Positions 23,801 to 35,800 of a DNA stretch of 64,000 nt are shown here, one piece after another. The stretch spans positions 17,360,001 to 17,424,000 of the forward strand of contig OZ365114.1 in the NCBI GenBank assembly GCA_977030845.1, in the 5' to 3' direction. Position numbers and translations under genes: made by a program. The stretch is from Fimbriosthenelais zetlandica (Eukaryota). The notes under the pieces are model-generated. The model did not search any database and was not told the origin of the DNA. It was given only the letters and a program-made list of their open reading frames with translations. Positions within the stretch are counted from its first letter, which is position 1, and each line of letters opens with the position of its first letter.

Positions 23801-26800
23801 TCGACTTTTTTATTACCTTATACTGTCAGGACAAGAGCCTTTGACGCCAACCTAATGGGAAGATCCATAACTGAATAGGATAGCTCGAGGCTATAAATGA
23901 CTTCCTTCACTCCATCTTCAATGGAAGAAACCCAAGGGTAAAGTGGTCTTACTCACTTTAAAGGTCAACTACGGTATTTATATTGTATGCCAACGCCTGA
24001 ATATACTAAGGAGACCCGAGGGCATTGGTCATGGCAAGCTAAAAAATCATGGGTTGGGAAATAACCCTGTGGCACAGTCTAGACCCCGAGTTGGGTTATG
24101 TGTCATTCGTCTATGTTAAGGCAGAGGTGTCTACTATGGAGTGTGTCCTGTTGCGGTCATTTCCCTGGGTCTTATGGGCCCATTTCCCCGCCTTCAAGTG
24201 CTGGCAGCTTCTTAAGCCAAACCATCATCAATTCTCATTTATTAATAGAAAATTTGTGAGTCTCTGGAAATAAAAGTTGTTAAATCTGTCAGCGTAAGTG
24301 AAATCTGTGATTCTGCCAACGGGCATGCAAGATAAGAAGTGCTTATTTTCATTGCTTGCAATGGCTTTAAGGGGAAAGTCCAGCCTCTGTGGTTAGGGTG
24401 AGAACCAAGTGTATTACAGCACTATAAAATAGAGGAGAGTGACCCATACATTTACCACCTGGGTCTCGCCGCTTGGTCGGGGGCTGGTCAAGCGGGAGAA
24501 GGAATATATTGTAGCGAGGTATTTTGGTCGCATGCGAGGGACTTGGTTGAAGACTGCTGATAACATTGATTTTGTTTTGGGTGGATGCCCAGGTTCTATG
24601 AGCAAGGCACATCGCCAGGACTAAATACCAGAAGTAAAGGGATTGGATATTACTGATTGATTGCCTCTCATCAGGTTGTAAGTTTTGAATATCATGGATA
24701 TCCTCTGCTTATTCATGGCAGTTAATGTTCAAAATTGAAGCATAATGTAAAGAGAAAGGTGGTAGAAAATATCCATAATGGCATTCATACATCAATTCTG
24801 CAAGAATTCCAACTACATTCATAAATAAATTCTGCCAGAATTCCAAGCTATGGAAAGTAGAAGACTAGCTTCATATGCAAGATAAGTGTTGATGTCTTTG
24901 CAAGGGGATTTCAAAGGACGAGTCTATATTAGAAAATCTTATTTGTACATAATATATGAGTGATACTACTACATTGAGCGAAACATTAGAGATGCTTGCG
25001 TACCGAAGTGGAATATCAATAACACAAAGGAGGAGATCATTAGGGAATTCTGTGTCTTGATTGATATTGAAGTTCAATCTCATTAGCATAGATATGAACG
25101 CAGCCTCCCGGGGAGAAAACCCAGGCAGGAGAGATGAAGGAGAAGAAAAAGTGGGATAGGATGCTTCATCATTCATCAGATTAAATGTGATTAACTTTTG
25201 AATGCAAATAATTCTTGAATATCTACCTACAGAAAACGATATTCCAATTCAATTCCTAGGTCCAATATCATTCATTTTTTCTTGAATATATAATGTAGAT
25301 GGCATGAGAAGTATCTCAGATGTCATGAGAAGAAGAAATTCAAGCTCTTGGATGCACTGCCAAATCACTCAGCAAACAATATACAGGAAGGCCATGCCAG
25401 AAAAAAAAGACACTATGTCGTTAAGGTCGTTCCTTTGGTCTCTCTAGCCAGGGTGTGTATCTGTGAATACAGATAATGGAATCTGAATCCATCCTTAATC
25501 AGTGGCCTGGGAATCACTAAATACCATGGGGACTCATTTCCCTCCATCCCATGGGACTATTCCTACAATAAATAACCAGCAGTATCAATATATCAAAGGG
25601 ATGGTGGGATAACGGTGTTAGAAATCATGATTTTCATAGAGACCTCATTCCAAAGAATCATTCTTTCACTAATATAAAAACCTATTTTCTTCTATTTAAT
25701 ATTTAACGTCTCTGTCGAAAAAATATTTCGAAATAAAAAGGTGATGTTTTTTCTTTCGCAAGTCCTCATCACCTTGTCGCTTTTGTACCTCCATGGGTGT
25801 TCTGAATCGGGATTTAACTCAGATTAAAGGGCCTCAGTAATTATCTAGGATAATGAATGTAAGCTAAGAGCTTCTCTACAAGATTAGGGTGCGGGAATTA
25901 AATCAAGCATTGGATGTGCTCACAAGTGCATTCACGTTTCTCGAAGCATCAACCTCATCCCACCAGCTCTATATGCCCTATACTAAGACTTTTCCCTGGA
26001 CACCATTATATTGATGACTTTTATATTTTACTACATGAGTCTAATACCAAAAACAATGAATAATTGAAGAGAGCAACGCCTGCTCAGTATACCATGCACT
26101 CAGTAATGGTAAAATATTATACATAGTACAGGACAGCATTGAAGGACTTAGTAAACGAGATAGATGAATAAGTGAGAGCATTTGAATTGTGCATAAAGAC
26201 TTGCAGATAGGGATTTCAATATCCATGGGAATTTTTGTGAATGACGGTTTGTTCAGCCTCCAAAGCTATATCTTATTTAAACGAATCACTTCACCAAACA
26301 AGACATGGCGTGAAATACACATGCAGTTTTGAAGGGAAACGGATACTATATATGTTCTATCGGGAGTAAGCACTCCAGTGTTCACCCCGAAGCCCAAGGG
26401 CCAGGCAAGGTGTTTTATGCTCTGTAATACGAGTCTTCCATGCAGGCCTGCATTCAGTCTTTAGGTTTCAAATTCCCTTCTCCTTTCACCTCGAATTTGT
26501 GATTTTATGACACTGTGTGGGTGTGTGTGAGTATGATGTCCTATGTCTATAGCTGCCTTAGGGAGTAATCACTGCTGAGAATTTATCCTATTGATGAAGA
26601 CAGTTGCTATCCCAAGATCTATATTTTTGTTATTTTGAAGGTGGCAAACAGTTTCATTTGCCCTGGGAATTTATGCCGCTTTCTCTCATGAAGCTTGCAA
26701 TACGGTTGTGAATTAAGATGGAGGCAAGGATACTGTCCAGTATCTTTGGGGAAGGTTCAAGAACCGAAGTAAGAACATGAGCAGTGCTGCATGTATGAGT

Positions 26801-29800
26801 TGGGAATCATCAATAAAAGTATGCACTGATCATGCGCATGTATAGGCCTATACACAACTAGTTACTTGTCCAATGTGCAACAGCGCAACAATATGTACAC
26901 CGATTTCTCATTCAGCAAAAAGTAAATCCCTTATTCTCCTCTTCACTGAAGACTTTAGTCCGGCCTTGAATTAGTTCTGTTATTTAATGCCACGCGATTT
27001 GATTTTCACGACTCGTTCAGACCCTTGGAGAATAAGGTCATAGGCAAAGGTGGTCTGTGGTTGACAATTGGGTTAAGGAAGTCAGGTTAAACCAATTATT
27101 GGAAGTTGTGTAGAAATCTGAGCAAACTAGAGTGACAGTGTCGGAAACTGCAGATTTCTTAAGACCCTTTGGTGATTGGGATGACAGATTAATTGAAGGC
27201 ATAATGACGAATTGAAAGGCAATTTTATCGGGATAATCTAGGTCACAATCAAATAATTAAAACTTTATCATGATTTCAAAATCTAATAAAAAGTCCATAA
27301 TTATTAGGCTCATTCAATCCATCATCCGACACATTTTTGAGCAGCTTTCCTTAATCTTCCTTATACTTTTTCTTCCAGCGAGGCTGTCCTTTGGCCAGCT
27401 ACATCTACTTTGGATTATTTGGCTGCGCTGCATTTTGCATACTCTGTATGCTCTGTGTTATGATCGTTCATCCTTATGTTCACTCGCTCAAGTTCAAAAC
27501 AGCCACCTGTGTTGCATTGTCCAAGACGTAAGTAAAAATCTTTTTGAAATATCAATTTGCTTTGATTTGATTTGCATTGCAGCAACAGTCAGGATCATCC
27601 AGGATTAAATAAACATGCTGTCACTCCATCCATCATATGCTCTTCTGAGCTATCAAAGACTAAATATACAATGTCATGTGGTGATATAGAAAATCTAGGT
27701 CCTTCGTTTGATAAAATTTCAATTGCATGGTTAATATTGTATGCTATAGTGTGTCAAAAAGAAAGCTGTTGATCTTCATGAATAAGGAAGAAAGCAAGAT
27801 GGAAAAAGCCTATTACTCTTCCGTCCTCATAATGAGATATCATTATTTTCCTCTTGAAAGCCAGCCATCAATAGAGATCCCATACATCAGGGGAATTATT
27901 GTGTTGGTACAGCACAAAACATATAGATCATTCACTCATGGCTGGAATAAATGAGCTCCTAAAAGGAAGTCTAATTATTTTGGTGTATATATGCCAACTT
28001 CACTTAAATCTTAAGTATTGGATGAAAATCAAACCAATGTGTTTTTTGTTAGTTTGTGTGACAATCAAAATGTTTATAAATTAGCTGTACTTTCGGCTAC
28101 TTTCACTTGTCTCCTTATCTCTAATTTCCCGATATAGATATAATATATCTAATCTGATAGAATTAGAAATCGTGAGTACAAGGTGAGCCCTACTACACCA
28201 GTTGGAAATGACAGTATAACTGAATGAATTAATGTTGGGGCATGAGGTAAATATATACGTTCTTTATCGCTCTTTATGTCCTTCTAAAACAATACAGATG
28301 ATGATAAAAGACAGGGCCTATACCTCAGATAGGGTCCCCCAAGGCTGCATTTATATGCAGTACGCCTTGTCTAATGGCTTGAGAATAGAGTGCTGCCCCA
28401 GAGCAGAGTCCATGTTCTGTGGTGGATTTTGTATATCACACTGTCATGTGTTGTGATGTTCTGCTCTTGTCACATTCTTCCTGACATTTTTACCACATAA
28501 ACGTGCTATCTTCCCACTGAGAGACAGAACATTTTCCACGTTAATATGGGTCAGCATTCTTGAAATTTGCTTCCCTTCAAAACATTCACTTGCATCAAAG
28601 CAATGCAGGTTGCATTCTTTTAGGTGCTAGCTGGATTCCATTTTGTCTCCAGCGCCGATTTTAAAGGTCAAGTGATTTAAGATTGTGACATTCTTGGAAT
28701 GCCATTTGAGGAGGAAGCTCCATGTTTCTTGTTACCAGCAATTGAAGAGGCATCCGATGATAAAAAGCCTTTTTATCTGAATTAGTCATTCGGAAATTTA
28801 ATTGCTGTTTCAAGAACTACTTTAGGCGAGCACAATTTCTTAAAGGGAGGCTTTAACAAATAACTCGAGAGAAATGATGCCTATTCCCCATTTAATCAAT
28901 ATAAAATGTAAGCATCAATTCCAATCAGTCTTGATTGTAGGTTTTTATAAATGCTAATTGTATTCCCGATGAAAAAGAAAGTTTGCCATTGCCATCAAAA
29001 GCTACTGAAATGTTTAAATGATGTTCTCTGATACATGACCTTTACGAGACTCAATGCAGTGTCTCATGGCTTTGGGGAGTACAGTAAACAGTGATTTATA
29101 ATCTGGTTAACCAGAGGGAAGATGAAATGAGTGTGCAAGCATATCAAACAAGCAGGCCACCATGAAAGACATCGCCTTCAATGCTGGCAAGCAAGCATCA
29201 GAAAAGTCCAGAATGTAGAGTGTAGAGTCAAGTGATGTGTTTGCAACACTTGTGGCACAATGAGCATTCCAAAGTGTGGTACTCATGCGAGAAATGCCTT
29301 GTTCTACACAAAATGTGGCCAGAGCAATTGAGAGAATGCACTTTGTATTCGTGCCAGGACCTATTGCAGCAAATTCTATTTGCTGAATAGCTTAAATCTA
29401 GCACACATTTGTCCCAATTCTCCAGAGGGACTTGTAACGAGTGGGAGAGTCCACATCCGGCTTTTTGGCAAGAACCCCTGGAGAGGGGGGAAAAGGAAGG
29501 ATGCAGTATAGAAGAGCCATCCATCAAGCCCTGAAGAATTTGAATATCAGTATAGACTGTGGTCCCCCCAGACTCCACAAGATCCACAGTCAATCCTTGC
29601 ATGGTACTAACAGAAGCCTCGGCCAGTGCTAATATATCTGTATAGAGAAGAGAGGCCATTCAGAGTTTTATCTAGGCAGAATATGGAAACCATTCCAGAA
29701 TCCATATCTATTTGGATGATAAGGAAGAACAGGAGTCGGGGAAAAGATTAACCATTGATCTCGCCTTATGGGATGAGAGGGTTATGATGTGGCTGGTAAA

Positions 29801-32800
29801 TACATGCTTCGACATCTCCGTCTCCTCTTATACAAAAAAAAGATCCTCCAGTAAAAGGAAATGGTACTTTCATACCCAACGTATATTATTGAACGTTTGC
29901 TAACAGAAATGTAAGATTTAATTCTGCATATAACCTTGGGTAGATGACTTGCCAATGGACACACACTGGTCTAACAATGTAAAGACCCCCTCTTCCCTCA
30001 GAATGGATAGGTTATCAGTCACAGATAAGTGAAATAACATATCGATCAGTCGCCCATTCAACTTCCTCCCCTCTCCGTCCTCCCACTGCTTGTGTACAGC
30101 CCCAATATACGTATCAGAAGGACGCCCCGACAGCAAATAAAAAAACAGATACAAACTTTCTTCATAACATCTATACTGTAATACAGTAATGTCATTACTT
30201 CTTGCAGCATTAAGTTTGGACTTAGGAAAAGGGTATCAACTATAGTAAAGACACATTTAAAATTATCAGAATGATCAGTACAGGGAAAACATTCATTCTT
30301 AGATTGTCCATCTGGTTAGTGTAGCCAGCCCCTCCGATAAGGTATCGGGGGAATCCAGGCAATCCTTTAATTGGTCTATTACTATTAAAACAAATGTTGA
30401 AAGCACCAACCAATTATGATAAAAGGAAAATTCTGCGGATAAAACTAGACATTTAAGCTGGGGTGGTGGCCGGGCATGATAGGTTCTTAGAATTTTTAGA
30501 AAAAGAACCCGGTGGAAGTACATTGAGGTTGCGAGGATCAATACAAGCGTAGGGGTTATCAAGACTTGGTGTTTTAAATCACGCGCCACGGCGCCTCTCC
30601 TAACGATTTTCCTTGCAGTGGTATAGAAGAAATCTTTCATGCATTGGGGCAGAGGTAGCCAGAAATAATTGCCGTCAGGGCAAAATGTAGTGCAGTGCGG
30701 GATTTATGAATGTCTGAAGCTTGTATTTATTCACATCTACACTGGCGATAAAGAACACACAGCTGTCCTGGGCTCTTTCCCTGTGATTTTTCTCCATCCT
30801 TTGTGGTATCGACTAAGCAGTTCACAATTGATAACAAGGCTTGCTTTTTGCCACGGCACCCAATGCCTCTGTCCCAAGATTTAAAAAGTAAGGAGGTGTT
30901 TTAATGTCAATGGACCATTTTAAAGTGATGCAGGCCTAGTGAAGAAGATTTAATATCAAATAATATAGTCTACAGCCTTCCAAATATTATATTGTATCAT
31001 CCATCTCGAGGAGGTGGAAGTAGCCAGGCAGAAGGTCGATATTGTGTGTATTTGGGAGTCTTGGAGTATAAATATGACGAAAATACAGCTCTGTCACTTC
31101 CAACACGGCATCCTGTCCCATCGAAAACATCCAATCAGCTGTATGATTCCCTTGTGGTGCACACTCGCCCAATATCTATGGCCTTTTCTGCGGTTGATGC
31201 AGCTTGCACTTGATTGGCGGGGATATGTAGTCATGTGATCGATCGTAACCAATCAGAGTGAATGTCTCATGCTAACTTGGAGAGGAAAGCTTAGTGGGAT
31301 CAGACAGGGTTAGAACCAATTGCTTTAAAGATATCTCTGTACCAATTCATGTATAAGGGCTCATGGTACACAATTGTATGGAATGATGACAGTCTAGAAT
31401 TGCATGCGGGCAGAATTAAATTGGTGAATTTGGGTTGTGTACTTTAGGGCTAGTACGTATATTAGTAGCTAGGGTATAGCGTATGGCAGATGTCATTCAT
31501 CCTGGTATATTCATTTGGTACATTACATTTGTGGTATGTGCCTCAGACATGATGGAAAATACATTAAGCAATAATGCTATGGTAACCCAAAGGCAACTAA
31601 TGACGATGCTGTAACAGGCCAAACCTGCATGCCCGTTGACCTGTGGCTGGTTCTGGAACCGGAACTAGGCCCATACCCGCCATGATGTATTTACTCTCCT
31701 ACATGGGAAGAGCAAAGGTCAATTCTGGTCAGCTGACCCCCTATCTCAGCCAATGAGATTCCTCGGGTAGATAGCTGGTATATATAGTCAACTATATATG
31801 TTGTGCCATGGTTCATGGGAATTGTTCTTTCTGCATCATGAATTCCATTAATTGTGCATGCTTTATCATTAGGAGCCCCAACATCCGCTGTTGTAGGTCA
31901 TTCAGTGTACTCTTACCATATATAAGGCAAATATAATGCTGGATAAAGTGCTTTAAAATAAGACAAAAGAACCAAAATGTATAAAAAGCTGATATGTGTC
32001 GCTGTCTATGTTAGTACGGGTACTGCAGGTATAGCATGGACAGCTTAGTTGTCAGTTCAATGAACCTGGTGTCCACCAATTGCTTCAATTAAGCTGACGT
32101 TTTAGTTAAATTCAGCAAGATGATACTAAGACAGACCGTAGGAGGAATTTAATTGAAGGTATTATATCAGTGTGATTCTGAGAGCCTGCAGGTCACTAAG
32201 GGAGGATCCATTTTAAAACCTTGCCACGCTTGGCTTTAATTCATTTCCTTGGAAGCACTGCTCTAAAATCAATATCTAGCTTCACCTTTTTGTGCTGGGC
32301 GTTCCAACCAGACAGTCAAAGCCTATGGCTGGAGTAACTGATAAAATGAGACAACGAGTGGTTTCTTTAATGGATTGCCTCTGCTGTTGATAGAAAGTTC
32401 CAAATCACAGGGCTTTAGTTAGGATCTGTACTGAAACCGGCGAGTATCTAACCTTCACATATCAAAAGCCATCAATCTAAAGGACTACTGGAGAAGCGGA
32501 TGGCAGCTGCAGTCAGATAGTCCCAATAAAGACGTACTCCCTCAACTAACCAAGAGGAATACATATATTCAGATGACAGATCACTGAATCAAACAAACTC
32601 GAGTTCAATATCAACTGAGAGTCAACATAAATATGTTCCAGAGAATGAATGAATAGTTACTGTATAGTTTTACGCCATCATGTTTCAGAGCACTCCGTCA
32701 ATTTGCAGGAAATCATTCATTGCAACAGATAATCTTCTTGTACTGAGTGTCATGTCCAAGCCTGTCAAATGCAAAGTAGAAGAGGTCTGCATCACACCAC

Positions 32801-35800
32801 AATCCAACACCCACTCCCTTACGCACGCCACACTATAATTAAGTGGGTTAAGATCGGACCTATTCCGTGCATACCCTCTTCTTGTCCTTCAACCGATTTT
32901 TCAACACCCACTCACGTACACCGACATCTGCCTCCTGTTTCCTGAAGGTGGACGAGCCGGCAGTCCTGATCCTCTTCCAGCAATTCTATTCCGGGAGTCA
33001 ATGACCTCTTCACCCCGCATTGAAGAACACTTAAAGAACGTATGCCAATGGAATTCATTGCATTGGGTTTCATAGATTTTTCTCTTCCGCCAATAAAGAT
33101 GTTTCCTTCTCGTGCTTTGCTTCTTATTTTTAACAACTGCTTCAAAAAATATGCATGAAAACAGTGTCTTATATTAACCTTGTATCCCTGAGGGTCTTGG
33201 ACTCAAAAACATCACAAGTATAAAACCATGCAAGTACACAGTCAGAGGAAAGTAGTAGTTGTAAATGTATGTCGCCAACGGCAACTGCACAGGCCCTATA
33301 GCCTACAGTGAAGAAGTACCTCTCTCTGTGTATGTGACAGTGTTGCTGTACAGGGCACAAATGTCAAGGGCCGCAGAAGGGAGAAAATTAACTGGGAGTA
33401 GCTGATAGAAGGGTGTGTGTGGTCATTTCCGAGGGGCCTTCAGACACTGGGGGTTTTGAATAGCATACAGATGGTCTTTCTATATACCCCGTGCCCTCCT
33501 CCTACAGCGTTTGGCCAGATTGTCTGTCCACTGCTGAAGTATTTCTCTTCATGCCCAGCAATGGTCCACTTACATTCCATTACAGTCTGCCCCTCATGTA
33601 GAGACTGTATGAAGAGGTCCACCATCTCACAAAGATTTGTAGCTGATTGCCTTCTGCACCATTTCCCAGGCTGACATAATTTGGATGACTAATGAAAAAA
33701 AACGCCTTCCATGAGGGCAGAGAAATACCAAATGGGAAATGCAAGGTGTCCACATAATAAAAGTACTGGGGGTTTCTTTATCATTCAAGACTAACATCAT
33801 AGTAATATGTGATGTAAACGCCTTAAATTGGATCTTGCACGATCATACATTGATCGAGGCCTGTTTAATGTAGATTCCACATGTCCTCTGTGCCACAGAG
33901 AGCTCGCCATGGAAAACAAGTGGAGCACCACATCTCATGGGTATACCTCAACATCCCTCCCACCACCGTGATAGACTTATTATGTCCCTGGAGTGATTTG
34001 ATGTCAAGGAAGTTAGTGCGATATAAAGCCGCTTGGGCGACATTGGGCCATAGCGGCCATTGTAAAGAACAGGTTCAATGATCCAAGTTAGATAGTTAAG
34101 TATGGATTGCTGGACAACATGAAAACCAACCCAGAAAAGAGAAATCAAATCATAGAGGAGATGCCTTCAATGTTACAGGCTATGAACTGTCAAACATGAC
34201 TACATGGTAGCACTCTAGAATAATTATAGTAAAATTATCCCCAAACAAACATTGGACAGAAATGCTTCCAAGTAGAAATCACTTGCCCCTACAGCAAACA
34301 AACAGAAGGACTGTGAGAAATTAATTTGCGGGCTTCTGCACTTGGTGGAGGGACAGACTGAGTAGAAACCCATTGGAAGGGAGGACAATTAACGCTTGTA
34401 TTTGATTCAGCTTGCAGGCTGAGATTCAATCCCTTCAACTACTTTGTACGGGGCCCAAGTCATGTTCCACAAATATCGTGCGAGTTTCATCAGGCCCGTC
34501 AAGTCAATACATTGGCCAGGCAGATATTCCCAGCGACACGGTTGCCTTGGTAACCGTCATCAGCTAGTTATGAGCGGGGAGGTTCTGAGCGTGCACGTCA
34601 TTGACATGGGCCCTTTAATCAGGGGAATGGATCACCTTCAACTGTGGAGACATTTTAACAACAATATGGGAATCCAGGCGTAACTTGTTCAAGATCCATC
34701 GATCCCAGCAATGAAAATGCCCAATAGGTTTAATCAATGTAAATATGATTAAAGATTAGCGGCAAGAATTACAATGATGAAAAAGGTGGTAGTATTAATA
34801 TTTTCCAATATCTGATGATCGATTAGCTATTGTACTCGTGGTAGACAATCATAAAAAGGATCCAAGGGGAATCCTGAGTGGAACGATAAGGGAGATGAGG
34901 GAACGGAAACACCATCTACTCAATTGCTATATATTTTCTAGTATAATGTTAAGGTGTAAACACTGTATGACTATGGTCGATGGAGGTTTGATCAATAGAA
35001 TGAATTCATACTGAGCCCGAAGTGGTAGTGAGAATTATAAAGGAAGATTGGGCAGTGCAATGCATGTTCTCATGATTGTCAGTTTTATTGAGATTGAATC
35101 TGCTGCAATCTCATAAAATAACAATCCCTTTTTGAAACATGGAGGTAATTTCCATCTTGTTTTTTTCCTAAATCTTTCAGCAATGTTGGTGAGAAGACAT
35201 GTTCCTGTGGTTCCAACTGTCGATCGACCTACTCGTGCCTACACCTGAAAGTCAGAATGACCATGCCGGACGGTCAGATGGTGGACACAGATATATACCA
35301 AACAACATCCAACATGATGGAAGCGCATGTAAGAAGATATCCATTTATATATCGTTTGTATCACTCATTTTTTTTTGTTAATTGCTTTCGATATTCTTGG
35401 AAACATAAAGTCTCAATGTAAACGTCATGGTATCCAACTTTTGTATGCAAGATGGTCAAGTTGCCAGATGTAAATTTATGTTCTAAAAGAACCAAGCAAT
35501 TTTCAAGCCAATATCCTACCTTTAAGAGACTCAATACTGGGTCGATCATGGCTTGTGGAGGTCCTTGAAAAAGTAGCTTGAAGATTGAGCGTAGCGGCAC
35601 ACACAGCCACTCTCTAAATTGCTCGAACATCGCATCAATTATTCAGATATTGCCACAATTGTTACAAATTGCACCTATGATAAAAACTAGGGACCGGGGG
35701 ACAAAAATAGATTTGTCGGAAAATGGCCCTTTTTGTATATTCTAAGATGTTAGAGTACCTAGTCCAAGGACTCCTTACTTAATACCCTTCCATTCACGGC

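Noticed and set aside
24794-24846. Two copies of AATTCTGC(A/C)AGAATTCCAA, 34 bp apart
   Set aside because: TTC-N5-GAA spacing fits neither heat-shock nor STAT elements; probably a local slippage duplication.
27270-27608. 112-aa ORF overlapping the TM1 exon
   Set aside because: Wrong frame; the true exon 27379-27527 reads in a different frame fixed by the splice phases.
28290-28360. TSDRVPQGC resembling LINE RT SGVPQGS; similar LIYADY near 59620 (minus)
   Set aside because: Isolated motifs without flanking RT blocks; possible ancient LINE debris but not supportable.
29228-29659. Longest ORF in the track (143 aa, minus) and other 100-130 aa ORFs such as 3939-4328, 10701-11087, 52359-52733 and 59388-59762
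   Set aside because: No recognisable domain, no consistent splice sites or partner exons; lengths are compatible with chance in 64 kb over six frames.
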